A DNA stretch of 64,000 nt from Desulfatiglandales bacterium (GTDB lineage: Bacteria > Desulfobacterota > DSM-4660 > Desulfatiglandales > Desulfatiglandaceae). Below the pieces are notes generated by a model that searched no databases, was not told the DNA's origin, and saw only the letters and a list, made by a program, of their open reading frames with translations. Numbering within the stretch: position 1 is the stretch's first letter; the number at the start of each line of letters is the position of its first letter. This document shows positions 40,757 to 50,655 of this stretch, piece after piece. Where the stretch lies: the NCBI GenBank assembly GCA_963662465.1, contig OY759599.1, forward strand, positions 4,576,001 to 4,640,000. The letters are read 5' to 3'. The position numbers were made by a program, and so were the translations under genes.

Positions 40757-41004
40757 ACCGGACATAATCCAGCCATGGCCGGATTAATCCTTAAATATAG
40801 CGTAAAACATTGTAAGTTATATGGAAATTGTTATTACAGAGCAAAACAATTAGGACATTTCCGGACACGAATAGGAACGGCCGGATAATTTCAAAATATG
40901 ATGAAATGATTGTTTAGATGTTTGATTAAACACGAAATTCGCCATTATGTTTGGGGAATTGAATACGTAAAACAGGACATCAAGCGGACATTCGGAGCCA
41001 TGCC

Positions 41005-43530
41005 GTGAAAATTAAAGCATATCTGCAAAATCAAGTTTTCTTGCCGCGGATAAGAAAAAACAGCGTCCTTGTTATCTATGATCCGGAAAAGATTTATCAT
41101 GACGTTTGTCTGGATTTGGCAACCGCTGCCATCGAAGTAATTGACGCCACCGACAGCAGTATTACCAGTCGGGAAAAGGCTTTAAATGCATTAAGAGAAC
41201 TCGGTCGCCCAAATGCGAATTTGGAAGGATTGCTCGTATATGTCCCGGCCCAGGCGCCGGAGACTGAAGAAGACAAACAGAAAGACCCATTTGCACTTTA
41301 TACGGTATGCGGCAGTGTGTTTCCGGATGGGGCCGGAGATGCCTACATGCACCTCTGCTTAAAAGCGAAACCCGATCACGCAACGGAAATCCGCCGCATC
41401 TTCAGCCAGGACCCGACCCCTTCTTTTGCGGTGATTGATGCGGTTGGCGGCGGCAAAGGGTGGCCGAATTTACAAGTGGCGTTAAACGTGGAATCGGCAA
41501 ACGATATCCTTTTTGCCCTTCTGGCACCGGCGGAGTTACAAAAGCAATCATTGGAAGCAAAAGAGGGCTGGGTGTCCGAAGCCAAAGACCTGTTTGCCGT
41601 GTGTTTGGGTTTAAAACTCCTCACGCGGGGCAAGACCTGGTCGAGCATAGCAGACGAACTCTGGCGATTTGTTCTATACAGTGAATTTGTTTTCGATTTG
41701 CCGGGAGATCTGCCGGAATCCCTGGCCAATGTTCCACGTGCAAATGAAGCCGCAAAACCGATTGTTGAAGATCTTTGCGAAAGGCTTCGAAATGACCACC
41801 GGGCCCAGACCACCTATATCCAGCGTGCCCAGGCCATTGAACAGGAACTTGAGCTACCGAGCCACTGCATATCCATTACTGACCTTGGCGTACGGGACAC
41901 CTTCCCTTTTGAAGAAAGGTCTTTTCTGAACCAAGGCATGGAGGCGATTAAAAACAATGATGCCGATGCCGCTCGATACATTTTGAATCAACATACCAAC
42001 AATGTATGGGCCGGTATCGGTGAAAGCCAGGTGCAATGGGGGCTTGTGGGGGCTGCCCTTGCATTATGTGAAGCATGCGATGATTTTGAACGTCAATTGC
42101 CGGATTACTCACGGAACATGGATGCCTTGATCGATTTTTATGTGAGCAGCCTGCGTGAAGTCGATAGGCTTCAAAGGGAATTTGAGCAATCCGTATCCGA
42201 CAGCATGGCCTCTGCTTCCTCGATGAATGAAATCATTGAAAAAGCCCGAAGCAAATACCGCAGCCTGTCATCAAGAGTACAGGACTTATTCATCCGTCAT
42301 GTGGAAAAAACCGGTTGGCCGCCTCTCGGAAGACTATCCAATGCAGACCTTTTTGACAGCAAAATAGCCCCCAAGCTTCAAGAAAGCGGTCATAAAGTCG
42401 CTTTTTTTATGATTGATTCACTCCGCTATGAGCTGGGGGTGGCTTTGGAACAGCAGCTGGCGGAAGACGACCCTGTTGAATTGATTGCTGCGATGGCACA
42501 ATTACCGAGTATCACATCCGTGGGTATGGCCAGTTTGCTGCCGGACGCAGGAAACAATCTTAAACTGACCAAAGAAGACAATAAAGTGACACCTTTTCTT
42601 GGGACTGCAAGAATCACATCCGTAAAACAACGCATGGATGTGATGCGAAATAGATACGGTCAGCGGTTTGAAGAAATGAAATTGGCAGAGTTTATTAAGC
42701 CCCGGAAAAAGATACAGCCCGATGTGGACCTTTTGGTTATTCGAAGCGTTGAAATTGATGCTTACCTGGAAACAGACCCGGAATTGACACTCCGGTTGAT
42801 TCAAGATGCCTTGAAACGAATTCGGGTGGCGATTCACAAATTAAAAGGCATGGGATTCCATGAGGTGGTGATTGCCACGGATCATGGGTTTTTCTTAAAT
42901 CCCCATACGGAAGCCGGAGACGTCTGCACAAAGCCAAACGGAGATTGGTTGTTTGTTCATGATCGCCTGGCATTGGGAAATGGTGTTTCAGACAGTGCCA
43001 ATTTTATATTATCTGCGAGTCATTTGGGGATGCGGGGGGATTTTGAAAAGGTCGCTGGTCCGCGCAGTTTAGTTGCCTATCGTGCGGGGGAGCTGTATTT
43101 CCACGGTGGCATTTCTTTGCAGGAATGCATTGTCCCGGTGATTACCATCCGCTTGAGTAAAGAACAGCCCAGAAAAGAAAAAGCCAGAATCAAAATATCC
43201 TATAAAACTGATGCCAAGCATATTACATCGCGATTCCCGGTCATTGATGTGGAATATGAAAAAAAGCAGATGGAAATGTTTGTTCAGGAAAATGAAATTG
43301 AACTGCTGCTTGAGGCCCATGATAAAAATAGCAATGTGGTGGGGGAAGCAAAAGCCGGCGGCATTGTCAATCCGGCAACCGGAACCATTACGATCAAGGC
43401 CGGGGAACGTCTGAAAGTAACATTGAAAATGCAGGAAGAGTATCACGGAAAATTCACCGTGAAGGCCATGAACCCGTCAACATTGGCAATCTTCGACAAA
43501 CTGGATTTAAAAACCGATTATGTGGTGTAG
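41005..43530 (+). CDS. pglZ: BREX PglZ phosphatase/nuclease domain protein
   Basis: IDSLRYE, LPSIT..GMASLLP, ATDHGF, YFHGGISLQE. Confidence 0.95.
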   Translation: MKIKAYLQNQVFLPRIRKNSVLVIYDPEKIYHDVCLDLATAAIEVIDATDSSITSREKALNALRELGRPNANLEGLLVYVPAQAPETEEDKQKDPFALYTVCGSVFPDGAGDAYMHLCLKAKPDHATEIRRIFSQDPTPSFAVIDAVGGGKGWPNLQVALNVESANDILFALLAPAELQKQSLEAKEGWVSEAKDLFAVCLGLKLLTRGKTWSSIADELWRFVLYSEFVFDLPGDLPESLANVPRANEAAKPIVEDLCERLRNDHRAQTTYIQRAQAIEQELELPSHCISITDLGVRDTFPFEERSFLNQGMEAIKNNDADAARYILNQHTNNVWAGIGESQVQWGLVGAALALCEACDDFERQLPDYSRNMDALIDFYVSSLREVDRLQREFEQSVSDSMASASSMNEIIEKARSKYRSLSSRVQDLFIRHVEKTGWPPLGRLSNADLFDSKIAPKLQESGHKVAFFMIDSLRYELGVALEQQLAEDDPVELIAAMAQLPSITSVGMASLLPDAGNNLKLTKEDNKVTPFLGTARITSVKQRMDVMRNRYGQRFEEMKLAEFIKPRKKIQPDVDLLVIRSVEIDAYLETDPELTLRLIQDALKRIRVAIHKLKGMGFHEVVIATDHGFFLNPHTEAGDVCTKPNGDWLFVHDRLALGNGVSDSANFILSASHLGMRGDFEKVAGPRSLVAYRAGELYFHGGISLQECIVPVITIRLSKEQPRKEKARIKISYKTDAKHITSRFPVIDVEYEKKQMEMFVQENEIELLLEAHDKNSNVVGEAKAGGIVNPATGTITIKAGERLKVTLKMQEEYHGKFTVKAMNPSTLAIFDKLDLKTDYVV

Positions 43531-43533
43531 ATC

Positions 43534-45657
43534 ATGGATGAATTGGACAAGAAGTTAGGTTCTGTTTTTGAAGGCCGGATCGTCCGAAAAGACCTGTTGC
43601 ATCGAATCAAAAAGGGTACCAATGTCCCCACATTTGTGTTGGAGTTCTTGTTGGCGCGGTATTGTGCCAGTGATGAACCGGATGAAATCCAGGCAGGTAT
43701 GGAAGCTGTACTGGCAACGCTTCAGGATAATTATGTCAGACCCGATGAAGCCAATGCAGCCCAATCCAAAGTGGCAACCAATGGGAAGCATAAGTTTATC
43801 GACAAAGTACACGTTCGATATGTCGAGAAGGAAAAACGTCATTGGGCGTCTTTGGAAAATTTTAATTCCCAGCGCATTGCCATCGGCGAAAAATTTTATC
43901 GGGACAATGACCGGTTGCTGGAAGGCGGTATCTGGGCGGAAGTTACCGTTTCCTATAATGAATATGATGAGGATAACTATGCCTTTATCATTGATGATCT
44001 GCGCCCGATTCAATTGAGCCGATTCGATTTTGAACGATATGGTGAAGATCGGAAAAAACTTACGCGGGATGAGTGGCTGGATGTTATTTTGCGGTCCGTT
44101 GGATTAGAACCCTCTAAACTTTCACCCAGAATCAAATTTCATTACATTGCACGCCTTGCCCCGCTGGTACAGGCCAATTTTAATTTTATTGAACTGGGTC
44201 CCCGGGGGACCGGGAAATCATATTTCTTCAGTGAATTTTCACCTTATTCCACCTTGATCAGTGGCGGCCAATCAACAAAATCAGTCCTTTTCTATAATAA
44301 TGCCAGGAAAAAAATGGGATTGGTCGGCTTTTGGGATACTGTGGCGTTTGATGAAGTCGCAGGCATCAAAATTAAAGACCCGGATACCATCCAGATCATG
44401 AAGGATTATATGGCTAACGGGCGGTTTTCGCGCGGCGTGGAGGTGATTGCCGATGCCAGCATGGCCTTTGTCGGCAATATTGATCACTCCATAGAACAGA
44501 TTGTCAGATCCACCGAATATGATCTTTTCTTACCCCTGCCAAAGGAATTTGACCTGGCAATCATGGATCGTTTTGCCTGCTATCTGCCGGGATGGGAAAT
44601 CCCTAAAAACACATCCGCATATCTGACCAACAATTATGGATTCATCACAGATTACCTGGCTGAGGCCTTTCACTATCAATTAAAGCACCAAAACAAATAT
44701 GAAGTGGTGAACCATCGTGTTCGATTGGGCAAAGCCATTGAAGGCCGTGATGAAATCGGTATCAAGAAAACATTATGTGCGTTCTTAAAGATCCTTCATC
44801 CGATTGATGACCCCACGGACAAGGAGTTTGAAGAGTATGTGGCCTATGCAGTGGAGGCCCGGCGCAGAATAAAAGAACAGATGAACAAGCGGAAGCCCGA
44901 TGATGAATTTGCAAACATTAATCTTTCCTTTTTCACCGCAGATGGAAAAGAAATCATTGTTTATTGCCCTGAATCCAAAAACATCAAGGCTACCCAACAG
45001 CCTAAGCGCAAAAGCCTTGATATAGATTTTGACGATGAAGACGCCGGCGTTCAGGAAAAAGACCAGGTTGGTGCGGCAGAAAAAGCAAAGCCTGAAGAGG
45101 TGGAAACGCCTGCCGATATTTCAGAACCTGTAGCTGAGGAAAAGGATGATGAATCTAAGCCGGACCCAGAAATGCTCGATCTTAAAGAGCAGCATTATAC
45201 GATTTTTTATGGTGATATGGGTTTTAGCTATGAAACCATTATCGGGCCATATTTGAAAGGCGCAAAAGAAATCACCGTCGAAGACCCGTATATCCGTGTG
45301 ACGCACCAAATCCAGAATTTTATCCGCTTGTGCGAAACTATTGTTAAGCAAGCAACCATCCGCAAAATTAATCTCATCACCAGCTATGATGATAAAATAA
45401 ACATTTCCGAAATGCGGGATAGCCTGGAAGAACTCAAACAAAGCCTGCTTGAAATCGATATTCTTTTAGATATTAAACTGGACCCCAATATGCATGACCG
45501 GGAAATTCGAATCGACAACGGATGGGTCATCAAAATCGGCCGGGGTTTGGATTTTTATCAAAAACCCAGTTCCTGGTTTGAAATCGGTGTAAATGATCTG
45601 TCTTTACGCAAATGCCTTGAGACAAAGGTTGATATTTATAAGGCAGATAAGAATTGA
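43534..45657 (+). CDS. brxL: BREX BrxL with C-terminal MIT_C/PLD-like domain
   Basis: NVPTFVLEFLL, ELGPRGTGKS, AFDEV, PGWEIPK; EDPYIR...HDREI..DNGW.IKIGRGLD. Confidence 0.93.
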   Translation: MDELDKKLGSVFEGRIVRKDLLHRIKKGTNVPTFVLEFLLARYCASDEPDEIQAGMEAVLATLQDNYVRPDEANAAQSKVATNGKHKFIDKVHVRYVEKEKRHWASLENFNSQRIAIGEKFYRDNDRLLEGGIWAEVTVSYNEYDEDNYAFIIDDLRPIQLSRFDFERYGEDRKKLTRDEWLDVILRSVGLEPSKLSPRIKFHYIARLAPLVQANFNFIELGPRGTGKSYFFSEFSPYSTLISGGQSTKSVLFYNNARKKMGLVGFWDTVAFDEVAGIKIKDPDTIQIMKDYMANGRFSRGVEVIADASMAFVGNIDHSIEQIVRSTEYDLFLPLPKEFDLAIMDRFACYLPGWEIPKNTSAYLTNNYGFITDYLAEAFHYQLKHQNKYEVVNHRVRLGKAIEGRDEIGIKKTLCAFLKILHPIDDPTDKEFEEYVAYAVEARRRIKEQMNKRKPDDEFANINLSFFTADGKEIIVYCPESKNIKATQQPKRKSLDIDFDDEDAGVQEKDQVGAAEKAKPEEVETPADISEPVAEEKDDESKPDPEMLDLKEQHYTIFYGDMGFSYETIIGPYLKGAKEITVEDPYIRVTHQIQNFIRLCETIVKQATIRKINLITSYDDKINISEMRDSLEELKQSLLEIDILLDIKLDPNMHDREIRIDNGWVIKIGRGLDFYQKPSSWFEIGVNDLSLRKCLETKVDIYKADKN

Positions 45658-45723
45658 TTTTGATGAGACATCAGCTCCGAGTTATTGAATAGGACATATG
45701 AAAGGGTTAAGTCTGCCGTTGAC

Positions 45724-46251
45724 TCTTGGTCCTTATCACCGGGAAGTTTATGAATCAGATGTCGTTGGGGAGTCCGTTGATAGTACGGACGCGGTTTAAT
45801 TCCCGATTAAACCGTGAGGCCAACATTAGGGATTATCACTCTGGGTAAGACCTTCCCGTCGCTCCCATCGAACGGGATTGCCAGAGGTAGGTTGCTCGAT
45901 ACACCGCAAGGTGGTCGGGAGAAGGGCCTGAGGCCGGGGGTCAGACCCGTTTTTCTCCCTGGAGGGGAGGATTAGGCCGAGGTGGCGTGCATGTTGGGGG
46001 AGGGGTTGCTAATTCTCTGCACCCCGTTGACCGAAAGTCATCTGAGTCATGAGTATGCGGGTATAACTCATGGTGGGCATGCATAGGTGTTAGGTATGGG
46101 GAGGATCTGAAAGGCACGGATAGGTGACCGAGGGAAGCCTTATAGCGCCCTGCGCATCAAAGTGACACACGATGTGTAGTAGGTTTTGGGAGACCGAAGG
46201 TTCTATGAGGTGGCAGCGCAGCCGTAAGGGCTGCACCGGTGATGCCCAGGA
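45724..46251 (+). ncRNA. Candidate large (about 530 nt) structured non-coding RNA of unrecognised class
   Basis: Terminal helix ATCACCGG 45735-42 / CCGGTGAT 46236-43 plus TCTTGG/CCAGGA; more than 10 nested hairpins; GCAA and GTAA loops; G-U pairs favour the + strand; no credible ORF. Confidence 0.7.
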
Positions 46252-46279
46252 TGAGATCGGTGGAGGGAAAAGGAAGAAC

Positions 46280-46396
46280 ATGAAGTGCCGGTCATGTGGC
46301 CACAGATTCGCCGGAGAATTCTACGAAAGCTGCCCGGAGTGCTACAGTGTCAACACCGAAGGCACCGCCGATGAGAAGTACGATGGGTATCGGTGA
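46280..46396 (+). CDS. 38-aa zinc-ribbon microprotein
   Basis: MKCRSCGHRF...CPECYS (2x CxxC); purine-rich RBS GGAGGGAAAAGGAAG. Confidence 0.65.
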   Translation: MKCRSCGHRFAGEFYESCPECYSVNTEGTADEKYDGYR

Positions 46397-46749
46397 TAAA
46401 ACGGATGAATTCAAACTGGGAATATCTTGACAATATAGCCAGGGATTTGTTTCCACTAAAATGCTGTAATACTTAATGAATATAACAAAAAGTGGCAGTT
46501 TGGCCGGCGACAAGGCATTAAGAAAAAGTCAGAAAAAACAGGTAAAGTCGAAAAATGAGAATAAGCAAGAAAAAAGAGGGACAAGAAATAGAGAGAGTTC
46601 AAAAATCAATATATTTGAAATCATAAAAACAGATTTTTTTCATGTCTTTTTGGGAATTAGGATGAAAAGTCTGGTGTCGTTATCTGTAAAGTGAGAGCAG
46701 CCGCTCGAAAGTGGCAAGAATGAAGAAAATTTTTGGTTTTGTTAGAGCC

Positions 46750-47076
46750 CTAAGAGCCCAAAAGGCGACGGCTTAATAGGGTTTGCATATCTCTACGCCC
46801 ATCAACAATCAATAAAATGTAGACATTGATTTCCATTATTCTGTAAATGATACGATACGGCTTAAAGAAGATTTCACGGTATTCGCGAATTCCCAATGCG
46901 GCCAATTCCGGAGGATATACACCTCACAGGGGAGAGTCAGACAAACTAACGAGTGCCGCTTCGATTTTTTCTAGAATATGATTCGCGCTATTCTGTGTGT
47001 CATGCCGCGCTATGTAGTCATAGATTTCTTCCAGGTCACGTGCAGCGTGTTCAGTCATCAGGACTTCGAAAGGCAT
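46750..47076 (-). pseudogene. RelE/ParE-family toxin with internal TGA (absent from ORF track)
   Basis: MPFEVLMTEHAARDLEEIYDYIA...SPL*GVYPPEL..YRE..FKPYRIIY..DGRRDMQTLL; stop at 46924-46926. Confidence 0.88.
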
Positions 47077-47210
47077 CAACGATTTCTCCGGTTCTGACGA
47101 AGCCGTTTGACTACATCGGTGGCAGGTTCTACTTTGCCATATTCTATCTGCTGATTTCCAAGGGCTAGGATTTTCAGCAAAGCCATGGTTTCCTGGGTTT
47201 GCTCATAGAA
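47076..47210 (-). pseudogene. C-terminal remnant of Phd/YefM antitoxin
   Basis: YEQTQETMALLKILALGNQQIEYGKV...; TGATG overlap with the toxin; N-terminus absent. Confidence 0.8.
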
Positions 47211-47273
47211 GGTACAACCCTATGGTTTATCCTCTGAACCCGAATACCGGAAGACCCGGTTGCGGCAATCTCC

Positions 47274-47648
47274 TTACACTTCCTTTTCCCGGCAGCTTTT
47301 CAAAACCCGCGCCACCGCCGCTGTGAAACTCTTCCGGTCAAAGGGCTTTTCCATCCATTCCGTTTGCGTCACACGCATTTCGGCAATCCGCGGCTCGCCG
47401 CTTTGAAGGACCACATCAAGTTCCGTGGTCTCCACGTCCACGAGGGGAAACCCGAAAAACGATCCGACAATGAAACCGGGATCCCGGCCGAAAAGGGTTT
47501 CAGCAGCCGGGTTCACCAGACGAACGATGCCCTCCGCATCCGCAACGATTATGGCATCGCTGTTGTTGAATATGACCTGTGCCAGTTGACGTTCGCCGGC
47601 CCTGAGGGTCATGGTTTCCACATCTTGACGGGTGATATCGGTCATCAT
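47274..47648 (-). pseudogene. Internally deleted Kai output gene: PAS fragment fused to the end of a REC domain
   Basis: NPAAETLFG..FFGFPLV..TTELD..AEMRV then EKPFDRKSFTAAVARVL, like the end of 50655..52175. Confidence 0.7.
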
Positions 47649-47664
47649 ATGTAACGCTTCCCTA

Positions 47665-49179
47665 TTATTTAAAAAGCTCTTTGACCCGGTCTATTTCTTC
47701 CGGTGCGGAAAAAACAGGATGGCCCGAGAGGATTCCGGTCACATTGCTGAAGGATTTCCCGATATGCATGCCTTCGCCGTCGATGTTGAATTCCCGGATA
47801 TCCTTGTCGTGCATGGAGCCCCGCATCTTGAGCGCCGTGATCCCGCGGCGCATCTCTCCGAACATCTCCACGTACCGAAGCAGGATAATCGTGTCGGTAA
47901 TGGTGGAGATGTGCGCCTCCGTCACCGACGTTCCCCCCATGAGTTCGCCGGTGGTGGATGTGAAGAGCCCCGCAACCTCCTGATGCTTGATAAAGGAGGT
48001 GAGGGCGATGACGAATTCCCGAAATCCCTTGATGGTGGAGACGCGCTCCAGGGCCGAAAGGCTGTCTACGATCACCCGGTGGGGTTTGAACTCCCGGATG
48101 ATGCTCTTGATGATGATCAGATGATCCTCCAGGCCTTCCGCTTCCGGATACCGGCATACCACCTTGAGTGTGCCGTCATTCTCCATCTGTTCAAAGTCTA
48201 TGCCCCAGCCGGTGGCATTTCTGAAAAGCTGCTCCCGGCTCTCCTCAAAGGCCAATATGAGCGCCTTCTGATTGTTTTTCGCCGCTTCCGCCGCAAACCC
48301 GGCGGAAAGCATGGTCTTTCCACATCCCGTGGCGCCGGATACCAGAATGATGGAGTCCCGAAAAAACCCGCCGCCGCACATCTTGTCCAGATCGGCGTTT
48401 CCGGAGCTGATACGGACGGTGGAAGAGCGCTGTTTCAATTCAATCCCCGATAGCGGTATGGCGACGATGCCGGTGTTCTTGATCACCGTAAACGGGTACT
48501 CTCCCTTCTGGTGGCTGGTGCCGCGGAATTTGAGGATCTCCATGGTGCGGCGGCGCTTTTCCGCCTCCAGAACATTGCGCAGGATGATCACGTTGTCGGC
48601 CACGAATTCCTCGATGCCGAACCGTGCGATAGCGCCATACTCCTCCGTGCGCTCCGCCGTGATGATAGCCGTCACGCCCATCTGTTTCACCGCGGCGGCT
48701 ATTTTGAAGAGTTCGTTGCGCACCATGCCCGCGTCGCTGAACCTCCCGAAGATCGATCCGATGGAATCCATGCTGACCCGCCTGGCGCCAATCTTTCCAA
48801 CAGCATATTCGATACGGGCCAGGAGGGCGCCAAGGTCATATTCTCCGGCAATGACGTGATCTTCTCCCACCACAGGAGAGGCATCCACAAAGGCCCACTT
48901 CCCTTCCAGCTCCCACTTTGCCACATCCCAGCCCAGAGAAATCACGTTCTTTCGGATATCATCGGGCGGTTCCTCGAAGGTGATAAAAACCCCCGGTTCT
49001 TCCTTTTTGAGGATCCCTTCGGAAAGAAACTGGACCGCAAACACCGTCTTGGCGCTTCCCGATGTGCCGGCGATGAGGGTGGTCCGCCCCTTCGGGAGCC
49101 CCCCTTCACTGATCATGTCGAATCCTTCAATGCCGGTCTCAATTTTCTCGATGCCTATGATTTTTTCCATCTCAGTCAT
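47665..49179 (-). CDS. kaiC: KaiC, KaiC3/KaiC1-like (ST phosphosite)
   Basis: [47 protein letters not shown]-loop-like [10 protein letters not shown]. Confidence 0.96.
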   Translation of the reverse strand: MTEMEKIIGIEKIETGIEGFDMISEGGLPKGRTTLIAGTSGSAKTVFAVQFLSEGILKKEEPGVFITFEEPPDDIRKNVISLGWDVAKWELEGKWAFVDASPVVGEDHVIAGEYDLGALLARIEYAVGKIGARRVSMDSIGSIFGRFSDAGMVRNELFKIAAAVKQMGVTAIITAERTEEYGAIARFGIEEFVADNVIILRNVLEAEKRRRTMEILKFRGTSHQKGEYPFTVIKNTGIVAIPLSGIELKQRSSTVRISSGNADLDKMCGGGFFRDSIILVSGATGCGKTMLSAGFAAEAAKNNQKALILAFEESREQLFRNATGWGIDFEQMENDGTLKVVCRYPEAEGLEDHLIIIKSIIREFKPHRVIVDSLSALERVSTIKGFREFVIALTSFIKHQEVAGLFTSTTGELMGGTSVTEAHISTITDTIILLRYVEMFGEMRRGITALKMRGSMHDKDIREFNIDGEGMHIGKSFSNVTGILSGHPVFSAPEEIDRVKELFK

Positions 49180-49484
49180 GCTTGATCTCCTTTCCCTTGA
49201 TTGTCGTCCGTCACGGGGGAGAGATCCAGTCCGAGGAGAACCTTCTCCGAATTGGAGAGATCGCCGATGATCCGCCTGAGCGGGGGCGGCAGGTCTTTGA
49301 TCAGGGTCGGCGTGGCGAGTATTTTTTCATTTTCCGCCAGCTGTGGACTCTCTAGTACATCAATGATCTGGAGATCGTAGAGATCTTTCAAATCCCGCTC
49401 GCAAATCTTCTGCAAATTTGAGATGGCGCGCTCTGATCTCGGCGTTTTCCCGGTGATATAAAGGCGCAACTTGAATTTGTTCAT
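49176..49484 (-). CDS. kaiB: KaiB, KaiB3-like
   Basis: [48 protein letters not shown]. Confidence 0.96.
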   Translation of the reverse strand: MNKFKLRLYITGKTPRSERAISNLQKICERDLKDLYDLQIIDVLESPQLAENEKILATPTLIKDLPPPLRRIIGDLSNSEKVLLGLDLSPVTDDNQGKGDQA

Positions 49485-49503
49485 TTTTCCCTCCGATAAA
49501 TGA

Positions 49504-50610
49504 TTATGATGGCTGTTCTGTTATTGTTTTTGGATTTGTAGAGATGCCGGCGCCCTGGGCACGGTTTCGATAAAATGACACCAGATGCCCCATAAGTTCA
49601 AGCACCATGATCCATCCTTCCCCGGTATAGGCCTTTTTCTTTTCAGCGGTAGCGGTTTCCCGGGCCTTCTCTTTGAGGGCGGTGGTGTGAATATCAACGA
49701 TATCACGGGGCCCTGCCTTGTAAAACCCCAGGCTTTCAGCCATTGAGGAGAGGCGCCCGGATATATCATGTTTTACTTTGAAGGCCTGCTGATCCAGGGC
49801 CAGATCCATCAGCGCTTTATAGCCGTCCACCAGATGGCGGAAGGTATCGGGAAACCCCTCCATCAGGGTCATTGTACCGTACATTTTGGCGGTGACACCG
49901 GTTTGGGGAGGAGAAGAAAGCGTGGCCAGGGAACGCAATTCCTTCTCCCGTCGTTCTCGATCCTTCGCCTGCTCCAACGCCGCATGAGTTCTCTTTAGTT
50001 GCTCCGCCTTCTCTTCCAACTCCCGGGTACGCGCTTCCACCAGTTCTTCCAGATGCCGGCGGTGCCCATCCAGTTCCTCCCGAACTTCGCTCAGATCACG
50101 GTTTTTCTGAATGGCGTCTTCATATCCGGAAAGGAGAAGGTTCAACATCTGCCTGCGACTTGCATATATGACTCGCCGCTCGTCCCCCACGGCCAGGTCC
50201 AGACCCCCTTCGGAATCCATTTCCCTTTGCAGCGGATGCCACTGGAGAATCGACGCTACTTTTGCGAGCAATTCCCCTTCTTGATACGGTTTAGTCAGGA
50301 AATAGTCCGCCATCACTTCAAGGGCACGAATAACGTCCGTTACGTTGGATAGCACCGTAAGCAGTACCACCGGAACTTCTCTTAAGGCATCATCGCCCTT
50401 GATGGCCTCGCACATCTCATATCCGTCCATCACCGGCATCTGAACATCGGACAGAATCAGATCGGGTCGGTCCTTTCGAGCCGCGGCAAGCCCTTCGCTG
50501 CCGTTTACCGCCACCCGGACCCCATAACTGTGCTCCCTGAGCAAGGCCTTGAGCAACATGGCCTGGGTCGGGCTGTCTTCAACGATCAGAATTTGGGGGA
50601 CTTCTTTCAT
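49504..50610 (-). CDS. Receiver domain + coiled coil + KaiA3-like C-terminal domain
   Basis: REC (EDSPTQ, SDVQMP, TKP); C-term [36 protein letters not shown]...[15 protein letters not shown]; directly upstream of kaiB-kaiC. Confidence 0.8.
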   Translation of the reverse strand: MKEVPQILIVEDSPTQAMLLKALLREHSYGVRVAVNGSEGLAAARKDRPDLILSDVQMPVMDGYEMCEAIKGDDALREVPVVLLTVLSNVTDVIRALEVMADYFLTKPYQEGELLAKVASILQWHPLQREMDSEGGLDLAVGDERRVIYASRRQMLNLLLSGYEDAIQKNRDLSEVREELDGHRRHLEELVEARTRELEEKAEQLKRTHAALEQAKDRERREKELRSLATLSSPPQTGVTAKMYGTMTLMEGFPDTFRHLVDGYKALMDLALDQQAFKVKHDISGRLSSMAESLGFYKAGPRDIVDIHTTALKEKARETATAEKKKAYTGEGWIMVLELMGHLVSFYRNRAQGAGISTNPKTITEQPS

Positions 50611-50627
50611 GCCCGCTTCCTCTTTTG

Positions 50628-50655
50628 GATTGTTGATTGTCGATTGTTGATTGTT
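50628..50655. repeat. Four GATTGTY heptamers, intergenic
   Basis: gattgtt gattgtc gattgtt gattgtt. Confidence 0.85.

Noticed and set aside
45724..46251. RNase P, tmRNA or self-splicing intron identity for the structured region
   Set aside because: I could not find GAGGAAAGUCC, tRNA-like ends, a group II domain V or group I core motifs, and no host gene is interrupted.
46476..46694. Lys-rich 72-aa ORF (and 30729..30959)
   Set aside because: Low-complexity or motif-free; coding status cannot be supported.
46745..46784. Hairpin GAGCCCTA..GAGCC/GGCTT..TAGGGTTT resembling a cis-regulatory RNA
   Set aside because: It coincides with the 3' end of the ParE/RelE pseudogene on the minus strand, and no + strand gene follows.
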